NCBI GenBank assembly: GCA_963762255.1
Contig: CAVXKA010000003.1
Coordinates: 320,001-384,000, forward strand
Direction: 5' to 3'
Length of the DNA stretch: 64,000 nt
Source: Candidatus Eiseniibacteriota bacterium
GTDB lineage: Bacteria; Eisenbacteria; RBG-16-71-46; JABDJR01
Shown: positions 24,229-34,900 of the stretch, one piece after another
How positions within the stretch are numbered: position 1 is the stretch's first letter
How the letters are laid out: each line of letters opens with the position of its first letter
Notes under the pieces: generated by a model
What the model was told of the DNA's origin: nothing
Database searches by the model: none
Seen by the model: only the letters and a program-made list of their open reading frames with translations
Program-made: the position numbers and the translations under genes

Positions 24229-25235
24229 GCCGTGCGCCTCCCGTGCCCGAAGGCCCGCGATTGGTTCGAGCGCTCGATGAGCGGCGACACCGCGTTCATG
24301 ATGAGGATGGCGTACATGACTCCTTCGGGGAGACCGCCCCACAATCGGATCAACACGACGAGGACTCCGATCCCCATGCCGAAGAGCCACGCCCCGCGCG
24401 GCGCGATCGGCGAGGTGACCGGGTCGGTGGCCATGAACACCGCCCCGAACATGAGCCCGCCGGAGAAAAGCATGAAGAGGGCGCTCGGATACCGCTCGGC
24501 GTTCACCAGATGCATGATGCCGCTGAAGATGCCCACGGTGAGGATGATCGAGGCCGGGATGCGCCAGTCGAAGGTGCGCCGCATGACGAGGACCACGCCG
24601 GCAAGAAGGATCACCGCCGCGCTCGTCTCCCCCAGGGATCCTGCCACGTTTCCACGGAAGAGATCCATGGCGGGCGCGAACTGGTGCGCGAACTTCATGA
24701 AATTGAGCGGCGTCGCCGTGGTCACCACGTCGGGAGGCGCCTGAAAGAACGGCACCGCGAAGTTGCTGGCATGAATCGACGCGAGCCCGGTGGGCGGCGA
24801 CCACGTGGTGATGGCGGTCGGGAAGGCCGCCTGCAAAAAGGCCCGCCCCACGAGAGCCGGGTTGAACAGGTTGTGCCCGAGCCCTCCCCAGATCACCTTG
24901 CCGAGCGAGATGGCGATGATCCCGCCCAGGAACGCCATCCAAAGCGGGAAGCCCGGAGGGAGGGTGAGCCCGAGCAGGATGCCCGTCAGGATCGCGCTGC
25001 CATCCTTGAGGGTGCGGGAGCGAGGTTTCGTATTCGAAGCCATCCACTCGGTGGCCATCGTGCCCAGGGCCGCGCTCACGGTCACCAGGAGCGAGCTGAT
25101 CCCGAAGTACCAGATGGACACCAGCCACACCACACAGGCGGCGAGGATGACGTCCAGCATGAGCCGCGGCGTCGTCACCCCTTCGCGCAGGAACGGCGCG
25201 GTCTGGACAAGGAGCCGCGGAGAGCGATCGGTCAC
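24225..25235 (-). CDS. rnfD: Rnf complex subunit D
   Basis: GGLGHNLFNPALVGR, FMN motif DVVTTATPL, GSLGETS, FMATDPVTSP; GTG start. Confidence 0.92.
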   Translation of the reverse strand: MTDRSPRLLVQTAPFLREGVTTPRLMLDVILAACVVWLVSIWYFGISSLLVTVSAALGTMATEWMASNTKPRSRTLKDGSAILTGILLGLTLPPGFPLWMAFLGGIIAISLGKVIWGGLGHNLFNPALVGRAFLQAAFPTAITTWSPPTGLASIHASNFAVPFFQAPPDVVTTATPLNFMKFAHQFAPAMDLFRGNVAGSLGETSAAVILLAGVVLVMRRTFDWRIPASIILTVGIFSGIMHLVNAERYPSALFMLFSGGLMFGAVFMATDPVTSPIAPRGAWLFGMGIGVLVVLIRLWGGLPEGVMYAILIMNAVSPLIERSNQSRAFGHGRRTA

Positions 25236-26569
25236 GTCGTCTTCCCCTTCTTCTTCTCCCGGATCGCCGACTTCGCCACCCGGATGAGCTGCACGATCGG
25301 GATGCCCGAGGGGCAGGCGAAGCTGCACGAACCGCATTCCACGCAATCCATGACGTGGAAGTCCGGCAGGTCGTCGAATCGCCGCGCCCGCGCGAGCCGG
25401 CCGAGGCGGGACGGGTTCAGGAACTGCGGGCACGCATCCACGCAGCGGCCGCAGCGGATGCAGGTGTACTCGTTGGGGATCGCGGCCTCGGCCTCCGTGA
25501 AGGCGAGGAGACCCGAGGTGCCCTTGAGCACCGGCACGTCCAGGCTGGCAAGCGGCGCCCCCATCATCGGGCCGCCCATGATGACCTCGCGGGTGTTCTC
25601 GTCGAGACCCCCGAGATGATCGAACACGGCCCGCACCGGCGTCCCCACCGGGACCAGGAGGTTGGCCGGCCGCTTCACTCCGGGGCCGGCGACGGTGACC
25701 ACGCGCTCGATGAGCGGGATCCCGTTGTCGAAGTAGTCGGCGATGGCCGCCATGGTGCCGACGTTGTTGACGACGATCTCGACGTCGATCGGGAGCTTGC
25801 CCGTCGGAACCTCGACGCCGAACACCGCCCGAATGAGCATCTTCTCCGCGCCCTGCGGGTACTTCACCTTGACCGGCACCACGCGCACCGCCGCGCCCGC
25901 CGGCACCGCACGTTGCAGCGATTCCACCGCGTCCGGCTTGTTCATCTCGATGCCAATCACGGTCTCGTCCACGCCGAGCCGCGCCGCCACGATTTCGATG
26001 CCGCGGAGGATCGCTTCCGGCCGCTCGATCATCACGCGATGGTCGGTGGTGAGATAGGGCTCGCACTCCGCGCCATTCACCAGGAGCCGGCGGATCTTCT
26101 TCCCCTCCGGCACCTTGTACTTGACGTGGGTCGGGAAGGCCGCGCCGCCCATGCCCACGAGTCCGGCGCGCTGGATGTGCGAGATGAACTCGTCGGCGGT
26201 GAGGCCCCGCCAGTCGATGGGAGGATGATGGGGCAGGCGCTGGGTAGCGAAGGGATCGGCCTCGATCTCGATCGCCTCGACCAGCTTGCTGTTGGGATGG
26301 TGCCGAGCCGCGATCGCCACCACCCGCCCGGTCACCGGACTGTGAAGCGTGGTGGAGACGAATCCCCCCGGCTCCGCAATCATCTGCCCGCGCATCACAC
26401 GCTCCCCCGCCCGCACCACGGGGCGGCAGGGCGCGCCGGTGTGCTGGCTCAACGGCAGCACATAGCGCTCCACGAACGGCATCCGCTCGATGGCGAGATC
26501 CTTGGTCTCTTCCTTGTGGCCGTCGGGATGCACCCCGTGGCGGAAGGTCTTGCCGAGAATGCTGGTCAC
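25232..26569 (-). CDS. rnfC: Rnf complex subunit C
   Basis: QHTGAP, GMGGAAFPTH, NGAECEPYLT, KYPQGAEK, GGPMMG, two 4Fe-4S motifs. Confidence 0.95.
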   Translation of the reverse strand: MTSILGKTFRHGVHPDGHKEETKDLAIERMPFVERYVLPLSQHTGAPCRPVVRAGERVMRGQMIAEPGGFVSTTLHSPVTGRVVAIAARHHPNSKLVEAIEIEADPFATQRLPHHPPIDWRGLTADEFISHIQRAGLVGMGGAAFPTHVKYKVPEGKKIRRLLVNGAECEPYLTTDHRVMIERPEAILRGIEIVAARLGVDETVIGIEMNKPDAVESLQRAVPAGAAVRVVPVKVKYPQGAEKMLIRAVFGVEVPTGKLPIDVEIVVNNVGTMAAIADYFDNGIPLIERVVTVAGPGVKRPANLLVPVGTPVRAVFDHLGGLDENTREVIMGGPMMGAPLASLDVPVLKGTSGLLAFTEAEAAIPNEYTCIRCGRCVDACPQFLNPSRLGRLARARRFDDLPDFHVMDCVECGSCSFACPSGIPIVQLIRVAKSAIREKKKGKTT

Positions 26570-26604
26570 GTTGAGTTCCTTATCGCGATCCGGGAGCGAG
26601 TCGC

Positions 26605-29600
26605 CTAGACCTCGTCCCCGCCGTTGCCCGACGGTCGCGAGACGATGGTCATGAGCTTCGTGCGGATCTGACGCGCAAGCTCGGCCTTGAGTTGATACTG
26701 CTGATTCGCGAGCCGTGCCTCATAGTCCCGCCGAAGCGCGTCGACCTGCGCGGCGTGCTCGATCTCCTTGGTGGCGAGTGCCTCGATATCCGCCTCCGCG
26801 GGCTCGACGCGCGGCGCTCCCATCCCGGCCAGAGCCTGGAGCGTGCGCCATGCGGCGAGCCGCTCACCGGCGGCGCCCACGAGCGCGGGATCGACCTGGA
26901 AGGTTCCGTCCGGACCGATGACGACCGGCGTCTTGTCTTCGCGATCCTCGGCGGAGAGAGCGAGATACTCGGCGAGCGGAGTCGGCTCCGAAGCGTTGCC
27001 CGCAACCGGCGAGAGATGGCCGGAGAGACGCCGCTCGCCGCGCGCCCACGATGCCGGCGTGACCGCGTTGCCGTCCGCATCCGTGCTCCAGATCGCCGCC
27101 GGATCGGGGTTGCCGTCCACGCTCACACGCAGCGCGGAGCCGCCAACCGGATCGTGCGCCGCGGTGAAAAGCGGACAGGTGCGCGAAAGGACCGCCCCCT
27201 GCGCGCGCTCGAGCGTGCGATCGGGGGCAAAGCCATGGCGCTCGGGACTCGGCGCGTACACGCGCACGACGGCGGGACCGTCATGGAGTACGGCCGCCGT
27301 GACCCCCGCGGCGAGATGGCGCGAGTGGGCGATGGAACTTTGCACCACCAGGGCACGACTCCCCGCCAACGCCAGGAGCCCGAATTCGGGCGCGGCCGGG
27401 GCCGGCTTGGTCCCCCGGGCGCCGCCGCCTTGCGAGATGCCAATCTCGCGACGGAAGGATGCCTCGGCGAGGAGCACCGCCTTCACCGGCAGATCGTCGT
27501 TCAGAAGCTCGGCGAATCCGGCGATGGCATCACCGGCGAGAGCGGTCTCGTCGGCCACGAAGAAGAGCGGCGGACAGGCGCGGCGTTCCTCGGCGGTCAG
27601 ATCGCGCCATGTGAGACGGGCCAGCGATGCGCCGGCCACCGCGGCCTCGGAGGGGCGTTCGACCTCGAGCCGCGCGCGGCGAACCGTTCGCATGCCGTCC
27701 AGCGCCTGACGGAGCTGCCCTTCGAGCACGCCGCGGGCCAGCGCGAGGCCGTCGGCCTCGCCGCGCAGGGTCACCGGGACGCCGAAGGGATTGTTCGGAA
27801 ACGCGCCCACCCACCCCGCGTCCGCGGAGGGAGCGAGCACCAGGCCGAACTTCGCCACGCCGGCTCCGGTCGCGCCCACCGTGAGCCGCTGGTGGAGATC
27901 GGCCAGGTCGCGGGCCACGTCAACGAGCCGCCGCATGCGCAGGACGTCCACGCGACCGGTCTCGAAGGCGGTCTCTACACGCGCGGTCAGCGCGGCGAGA
28001 TCGGTGTCGGGGCGCCCCATCGCGTCGAGTCCGTCGGCGAGGGCGTCGAGGTCGGTGGTGGGCAGCGCGGAGGCGAGCCCCTCGCGAATCGCCTCGCTCA
28101 GCTTCACGCGCAGCTCTTCGATTTCAGCGACGTACTGGTTGACGGCCGGAGCAATGGCATCGAGAGCGATCCCCAGGATCTGACGCAGCGCGATCTTCTC
28201 GCCGGAGCCGGCCTCGGCGCCGTCGCCGCCGATCATGGCCAGGTTCGCCTCGCGCCGCAGCATCGCGGCAGCCAGGGGCCCGACCTCGGCGTGCTCGCGG
28301 GCGCGCGCGCACGCGGCCTCGGAGGGCTCCGGCAACTCGTGGAGCAGCCGCCATCCCTCGCGTGAAGCGGCGGCACGAGCGGGCTCCTCGGCCGCGCGGG
28401 TCAACGCTTCGGGCTCGCAGACCGTCACGCAGAGACCGCATCCCTTGCAGGCATCGGGGTTGATCGCGAGCGAGAAGAGCTCTCCGCTCCCCTTCGCCGT
28501 TGCTTCTGGCTCCTCGAAAAACACTTGGGTCCGCGTGACGGGCAGCGCACCGACGGCGTCGCGCACCGCGCGGAACGCATCCTCCACGCCTTTGCGCCGG
28601 TCCTCGGTGAGCGTCATCTTGCTCGTGACGTGGGCAAAGGCCGCGTCGAGCAGAGCTCCGGCGCCGATACCGGGGGTGGCGGAGGCGGCGAGCTCTTCGC
28701 CCACGCGGGCGGCGAACTTGCCGAGCGTCATGCGAAGCCCTTCCGCGGAGCGACCGCTCCGCGCGGCCAGAGCCATTCCGCGCTCGACGAAGACCGAGGG
28801 GGACCACACCCCGGCGGCCAACGCACTGTCCGGACATCCGCTCCAGCACGCACCGCATCCGGTGCAGCGCGCGGCGTCGAAGGCGGGCAGCATCCGGCGC
28901 CCGCGCGACACGTCGTGGAACGACGACGAGAGCGCGGGGAGGGTGCCGGTCGCGAAGTACGGGTCGGGGTGGAAACCGCCCCCCGCACCCTCGCTCTCGG
29001 GCACTCCCACTTGATCCCAGAATCGGGGAAGACTGTCCACGGTTTCGTCGACGTGGCCTGCGCGGCGAACCGAAGCCGGGGGCTCCGCCTCGACCACGAC
29101 TTCCTCCCCCGCGGTCGGCGCCGGCAACCCGGTCGTCTCGACCCGCGCGGCGAAATCGAATCCCGCCTGCAGCTCGCGGATGCGCGCATCCGTCTCCGCT
29201 TCCGGCGCGTCTTCAAAGAGCTTCCGGCGGGCCGCGAGAAGCTTGCGCGGGTTGATCACGACCACGCCGAGCGTATTGAGCGCACCGAACACCGCGCCCA
29301 GCATCCGCTCGTCCCGCAGGGTCGACGCATCGAGCGGCTCCGGTGTCCCGGGGGCTTCATAGCCCTTGGCGGTGAAGAGATGCAGTTTGCGCCGGAGGAT
29401 GTCGCCGCGCACCCGCGCGGGAAGCGTCTTCCACACCGAGCCGATCGACGCGTCGTGCTCGAAGAGGATCGCGCCGTCGTCGCGCACCCGATCGGCAAAA
29501 TCCGCCGGCACCGCGATCCCGGCAGGAGCCGCCCACACGGCGAGGTGGGCGCGGAGGTCGTCGCCCGGATCCTTGAGCGGGATCGGCGCGTGAATCAGAC

Positions 29601-31122
29601 GCTCTTCCACGATCGTGTCGAAGCGCTCGGCAGGAAACGCGGAACGCACGCGGAGGTGCCCGCCGAAGAGTTGATGGAGAAGGAGCGCGGCCTCGCGCGC
29701 CTGCCCCTCGCCACCTTGTCCTGCGAGAGAGGAGACCTGGATCACGACTCCCCCCTTGGGGAGGAGATCGGGCGGCGCGTCCTTCGAACGCAGGCCGAGC
29801 CTCGCCGCCTGAGGGTAGCCGCGTTTGAGCGCGTCGTGGAGCACCTGCCGCTTCGGGTAGGGGCTCGCTGCAGAGGTCAGGTCGAGCCCCAAGAAAACAG
29901 GTGAAGTGGGAGCCTTATCCAATTGAAGACAAAGCGCTTCCAGATCCTGCAAGCGCACAGGGAAACCGCCCAATCCGGCGAGGACCGAGACGAGCCGCGG
30001 CCGATCCTTCTCGGAAAGGACGCCCGCACCGGGATGAGCCTCTTTGCCGTAACGGCCGTTCTCGATCGCCCGTTCCACCGTCGAACGCAGCTCGCGCACC
30101 AGCGGCGCCTCCGCACCTAACGGCAGCGAGACGCGCTCCAGAACCGCGACCGTCTTGCCGCCGAGGAGCGCGGCGAGTGCCTCGGCCGGGAAGGGGCGCA
30201 AGGTCCGAAGCCCGATCACCCCCACCTTGACCTTGTGACGATGGCGCAGATGATCGGCGGCCAGCTCCGCCGCCTCGATCACCGAACCCATGGCCACCAG
30301 CACCAGCGTCGCGTCTTCCACATGGTGGCTGCTCACCGCGGCGTGGCGGCGACCGGTCTCCTTGTAGAAACGCTCGAAGGCCTGCTCCAGGATCGCGGGA
30401 ACATGTGGATCGAAGTAGGCTGCCCGCCCTGCCTCGCCCAAGGCGAACGTGTCGGCGCGCTGCACCGCTCCGTTCAACACCGGTCGTTCGAGGTCGTGCC
30501 GGCGCGGCAGGCGCAGGCGGTGCTGGCCGAAGAGAAGCTCTTGCGACGGAGTGGGCGCGTGCCGCACCGCGTTCGCGCGGCCGAGGATCGCCTCGATGAG
30601 ATCGGGCGCGGGCATGCGCAGATCCTGCAGCGCCAGCGCGGTCTCGGCGGCGTCCATCGCCACCACGGCAGGGAGAAGCGCTTCCTCGGCGACCTGGCGG
30701 GCGATCAACGAGAAGTCCACCGCCTCCTGCGCGTTGGCCGCGACCAGGACGAGAGCGCCGGCGTCGGCCGCGGCGAAGAGCCCTGCGTGCCCGCTCCCCA
30801 CCCGCTCACCCGCGCCGGGAAGCGCGGTCGCGGTGACGTGCAGGACCATGGGCACCCTGCGTCCGGCAGCCTGAGCCAGCGCCGCGGTCCCGCGGGCCAG
30901 ATCGGCACCGTCGAGGAACGCGGTAGCGCGCACGCCGGAGAGGGCGAGGCCCATGGCCTCGCTCAGACTATCGGTGGCGTCGCTGATGAATCGCTCGGCC
31001 ACTTCCACGGCGTCCAGGCCGGTCTCCGCGCTCGGTTCACCCGCGCGCGCGCCGGGAGCGGTAGGGGGAACGCCGACCAAGCGGCGATACAGGCGGCGAG
31101 CGGACCCTGACAGGTCAGGCAT
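26605..31122 (-). CDS. degenerate PFOR paralogue (pseudo-enzyme retaining a 2[4Fe-4S] ferredoxin domain)
   Basis: Collinear with the 1669-aa PFOR but lacks YPITP; GGDGAEAGSGEK replaces GGDGSCMGCGEK; no TPP-binding GDG; keeps CTGCGACWSGCP and CKGCGLCVTVCEP. Confidence 0.85.
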   Translation of the reverse strand: MPDLSGSARRLYRRLVGVPPTAPGARAGEPSAETGLDAVEVAERFISDATDSLSEAMGLALSGVRATAFLDGADLARGTAALAQAAGRRVPMVLHVTATALPGAGERVGSGHAGLFAAADAGALVLVAANAQEAVDFSLIARQVAEEALLPAVVAMDAAETALALQDLRMPAPDLIEAILGRANAVRHAPTPSQELLFGQHRLRLPRRHDLERPVLNGAVQRADTFALGEAGRAAYFDPHVPAILEQAFERFYKETGRRHAAVSSHHVEDATLVLVAMGSVIEAAELAADHLRHRHKVKVGVIGLRTLRPFPAEALAALLGGKTVAVLERVSLPLGAEAPLVRELRSTVERAIENGRYGKEAHPGAGVLSEKDRPRLVSVLAGLGGFPVRLQDLEALCLQLDKAPTSPVFLGLDLTSAASPYPKRQVLHDALKRGYPQAARLGLRSKDAPPDLLPKGGVVIQVSSLAGQGGEGQAREAALLLHQLFGGHLRVRSAFPAERFDTIVEERLIHAPIPLKDPGDDLRAHLAVWAAPAGIAVPADFADRVRDDGAILFEHDASIGSVWKTLPARVRGDILRRKLHLFTAKGYEAPGTPEPLDASTLRDERMLGAVFGALNTLGVVVINPRKLLAARRKLFEDAPEAETDARIRELQAGFDFAARVETTGLPAPTAGEEVVVEAEPPASVRRAGHVDETVDSLPRFWDQVGVPESEGAGGGFHPDPYFATGTLPALSSSFHDVSRGRRMLPAFDAARCTGCGACWSGCPDSALAAGVWSPSVFVERGMALAARSGRSAEGLRMTLGKFAARVGEELAASATPGIGAGALLDAAFAHVTSKMTLTEDRRKGVEDAFRAVRDAVGALPVTRTQVFFEEPEATAKGSGELFSLAINPDACKGCGLCVTVCEPEALTRAAEEPARAAASREGWRLLHELPEPSEAACARAREHAEVGPLAAAMLRREANLAMIGGDGAEAGSGEKIALRQILGIALDAIAPAVNQYVAEIEELRVKLSEAIREGLASALPTTDLDALADGLDAMGRPDTDLAALTARVETAFETGRVDVLRMRRLVDVARDLADLHQRLTVGATGAGVAKFGLVLAPSADAGWVGAFPNNPFGVPVTLRGEADGLALARGVLEGQLRQALDGMRTVRRARLEVERPSEAAVAGASLARLTWRDLTAEERRACPPLFFVADETALAGDAIAGFAELLNDDLPVKAVLLAEASFRREIGISQGGGARGTKPAPAAPEFGLLALAGSRALVVQSSIAHSRHLAAGVTAAVLHDGPAVVRVYAPSPERHGFAPDRTLERAQGAVLSRTCPLFTAAHDPVGGSALRVSVDGNPDPAAIWSTDADGNAVTPASWARGERRLSGHLSPVAGNASEPTPLAEYLALSAEDREDKTPVVIGPDGTFQVDPALVGAAGERLAAWRTLQALAGMGAPRVEPAEADIEALATKEIEHAAQVDALRRDYEARLANQQYQLKAELARQIRTKLMTIVSRPSGNGGDEV

Positions 31123-31966
31123 TGTGTCTCCCGGTCACTCCGACTTCTTCAACGGTCGAAAATTGGTCCCCGACGACCCACTGGATGGCTCCGGTGGGGC
31201 ATCGCAAGGTGGCCTTGACGCTGGCCGGCCCGCCCGCCGAATAGTCCACGACAGGCAGGTTGTTCGCCATTCGCACAAGACCGGGGGCTGCATCCTGAGC
31301 GCACCGCCCGCAGGCGTCGCAAACCACCTTGCAGACGCGGCGCGCTTCCTCGGCGGCGAGGGGCGCGGAGCACTGCACGATGAGGTGGTGACTCAGGGGA
31401 AGGATCTCGAAGAGATCGCGCGGGCAATCGTCCACGCAGTCGCCGCAGGCGGTGCACTTCGCGGTGTCCACCACCGGCAGCATCTCCGCGTTCATGTGGA
31501 TGGCGTCGAACGTGCATGAACGCTCGCAATCGCCATAGCCGAGACAGCCCCACGAGCACTCGAGCCCGCCGCCGCCCACGATGTGCGCGCCGCCGCAGTT
31601 CTCATAGCCCTCGTAGCTGGCCACCCGCAGCGCATGCCCGAGGCCCCCGGCGCAGTGGAGGCGGGCCACCCGCTTCTCGGCGGCGCCCGCATCCACTCCC
31701 AGGTAGTCCGCGATGAGCTCGATACGCTCGGCGTTCGATACCGTGCACTTGCTCGGCTTCGCTGCCCCGCTCACGATCTTCTCGGCCAGACCATGGCACC
31801 CCGGCTCCCCGCAGGCACCGCAGTTCGATCCGGGGAGCATCATCTCCACCTTCTCGATGCGCGGGTCCTCTTCCACCTGCAGGTACCGGTATGCAATGGC
31901 AAGCACGACCCCGAAGAAGAGGCCGAGCCCCCCCATGATCAGGCCGGCGGACAGGATGCTGTTCAA
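31115..31966 (-). CDS. rnfB: Rnf complex subunit B
   Basis: N-terminal TM, LPGSNCGACGEPGC, CSWGCLGYGDC..C, CTACGDCVDDCP. Confidence 0.92.
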   Translation of the reverse strand: MNSILSAGLIMGGLGLFFGVVLAIAYRYLQVEEDPRIEKVEMMLPGSNCGACGEPGCHGLAEKIVSGAAKPSKCTVSNAERIELIADYLGVDAGAAEKRVARLHCAGGLGHALRVASYEGYENCGGAHIVGGGGLECSWGCLGYGDCERSCTFDAIHMNAEMLPVVDTAKCTACGDCVDDCPRDLFEILPLSHHLIVQCSAPLAAEEARRVCKVVCDACGRCAQDAAPGLVRMANNLPVVDYSAGGPASVKATLRCPTGAIQWVVGDQFSTVEEVGVTGRHNA

Positions 31967-31999
31967 GGCGTGACTCCCTTTGCTGCTGCGTTCCGCGGC

Positions 32000-34900
32000 C
32001 TAGTTGAACGGCTCCGCCCGCTTCATCCACTTGGCGAGATCCGGCTCCTTCGAGTTGAGAGGAGCGCCGGGGTGGATGATGCGCGCCGAGCACCGCTCCG
32101 CCGCCATCACGAGCTGCTTGAAGGTGCCCGCTTTCGCGTCCTTGATGTACGCCTGCTTGTCCGCGTTGTAGGCGAACATCTTCGGATTCAGATTCGTGCA
32201 CTCGTTGCAGGTCGTGCAGAGCGCCGAGTCGATGTAGGGCTCCATCGCGCCCGCAACCTCCGCGGCGGCGACCGGCGCGGAGGCCGGGGCCGCGACGGAA
32301 GCGGCAGCGGACACCGGAGCCGCCGGAGCGGCCTGGGCCGCAACCGCACGGGCCGGCGCCGCCATGGTCGCAGCAGCCGGGATCCCGAGATCGCCTCCGT
32401 CCCCCTTCATCAGCCCTTCGGCAATGCGGCGCGCGATGAGCGCCGGGAAACGCTCCTTCAGGTCGGCGATCTGCGCCTCGTACTGCGCCTTGAGATCCGC
32501 GAGCTTCCGCTCGTACTCCTCCTCGAGCGGGCCCGCCACCTTGTAGCGCGCGGTCTCGGAGACCTTCACCCCGGCCAGCTCGAGCAGCTCGCCCCAGAAC
32601 GCCAGACGATCCTCGGCCAGGCTCACGATTTCCTCGGAAACCACGAGCCGGCTGAGCTTGCGCTTGCCGTCGACGACCATGATGTACGGGATCTTGCCCT
32701 GACGATCGGCGGGCGCCATCGCCACCAGCTCGTGGAACGGAACCATCGCGTCGCTCCACTTCGCGCGCGCAATCGGCTTGAAGTGCCGGCCGAAGCGCGG
32801 CTCGGTGGCGGCCCAGTCGGCCACGGTGAGCGGCAGCGACATCGTCTTCTCGCTCCCGTCCTCCTCGACGTAGGTCAGCTCGTAGGTCGGCCAGGTCTCT
32901 TCGAGGTCCGGGTTCCCGTCGAGGTTCAACCGCTCGGCCAGCGTCTCGCCGGCGTCGGGATCGTAGACCAGGTAGGGATACGCGCGGCTCTCGAGCGCCA
33001 GCTTGGCCGCGTGCGCGGAGCCGGAGTCGGGGAGCCCGTGCTCCGCCTGGCACGGCGTGTAGATGTTGAACAACGCCGGCCGCCGCGAGTTGAGCCCTCG
33101 CAACACCCCGCCGATCAAGTGCGCGGGAAGCGCCTGCGAGGTCTGCAGCACGTAGCTATTGCGGTGGGCCATGGCGATGAGCGCCATTTCCTTCCGCTGC
33201 TCCTCCTTGCCGTGACTCGCGGCCCCGTAGGCGGCCATGTCCGAGATCTGACCGTGGAACCCGCTGGTGCAGGCCTGTCCGCCGGTGTTGGAGTACACCT
33301 GGGTATCGAGCACGACCACACGGATCGGCTTGCCCGAGGCGAGGAGCCGGGACACGTTCTGGAACCCGATGTCGAGCATGGCGCCGTCGCCGCCCACCGC
33401 GAGCATGGGCGGGCAGAGCCGGAACTCGTCGTCGGAGAACTGCCGCCAGTCGAACGCCTCGAAGAACTTCCCGTGCTTGGCGGCGTCAAACGAGTCGGCG
33501 ATCTCGATCTCCGCCTTGCGCACCGACGCGAACGCATCGGACATCTTCCGCATGAGCCCCTCGAAGATGCCGATGGCGATCGAGGGCGCATCCTGGAAGA
33601 GGTGGTTGGTCCAGGGATAGGGATACGGGTTGTAGGGATAGGTGCTGCCCCACACCGAGGAGCACCCGGTCGAGTTGGCGATGCCGAGGGAGGCGCGCCC
33701 GCGGCCGCTGGGCCCGGTCGTGTACCGCCAGCGCAGGTCGCGGATGTCGCGGATCAGCGCGTGCAGGCGCCCCAGGCGCTCGCGCTCGGGTCCCTGCACG
33801 TGCATGTCCACGTGCACGGTGCCCGTCGCCGCCACCTCGTTGAGATCGGTGGTGGCGACCAGGATCTCGCTCACCTTCTTCTCGAGCTGCTTCTCGAGAG
33901 CCTCGAGCTTGGCCACGAAGCCGGCCACGCGCGGCTGCATGTGCGCCTCGATGGCCGACACCACGAGGTGCATGCCGGTCTTCTCGCCGCAGCCCATGCA
34001 GGAGCCGTCGCCACCCACCATGGAGTGGAAGTTCTTCTTCGTGAGAAGGAGCGTGTTGAGCACCCCGATCCCCTCGTCGATGTCGCTGATCTGGATGAAA
34101 CGCGCCGGCGTGTCGGGAAGCTTCTCCCAGACCGCCCAGTTCCGCTTGAGCTTGGCCACGGTGGCGTCATCCTGCTTGATCGTGACCAGGGCGTTGTCGG
34201 GACAGACCTCCACGCAGAGGTTGCACCCCTTGCAGGCGTAGGGATTGATGGTGACGGAGAGGAGACCTCCCGAGCCTTCCTTGCGCTTCTCGGGGCCGGT
34301 GAAGAACGGCACCGTCTTGGCCAGCGGGAACTCGCGGATGCGCCGCGCCAAGGCGTCGAACTCCTCGTCCAACGACTTGCGCTCGGCATCGGCGAGCTGG
34401 GCCTCCTTCACGACCTTCTCGTAGGCGCGGGTCAGCGTCGCGGCGAAGGTGGTGAACGTCGGCTCGTCCTTGAGGAGGCGGCGCGACTCGCGGGCCAGCC
34501 CGGGGAAGAGGGTTTTCATGGCCGCGCTCGGCACCGAGTCGGTCCCGGCGTACGCCGCGGCGCGGATCACGTCCTCGATCTCGCTCACGAGTCCGGGAAT
34601 GGCCGCGTCCGGGCACTGGGTCCAGCACTGCCCGCAGCCGGTGCACTTGTCGGCGACGAACTCGGGCACCTCGAAGCGGATGCCGGTCATGTCGCGGAAG
34701 ATGCCGCTGGCGGCCGGGATCGCCGAGATCGCGGAGAACGGATCCGCGATGGGGTCATCGCCGGTGCCGTAGAGCGCGCAGACCTGACCCATGAAGCGAT
34801 ACGGGTCTGCGATCCCCTCGGCGGTGTCGGTGTCGCGCAGATACCATGGAGCCTCGAGGTCGGCCCTCGCCTTGTCCTCGCCGGCGTTCTCGCCGAGGCT

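Noticed and set aside
26605-31122. PFOR pseudogene
   Set aside because: The reading frame is intact over 4.5 kb, the Fe-S motifs are preserved and the start overlaps rnfB
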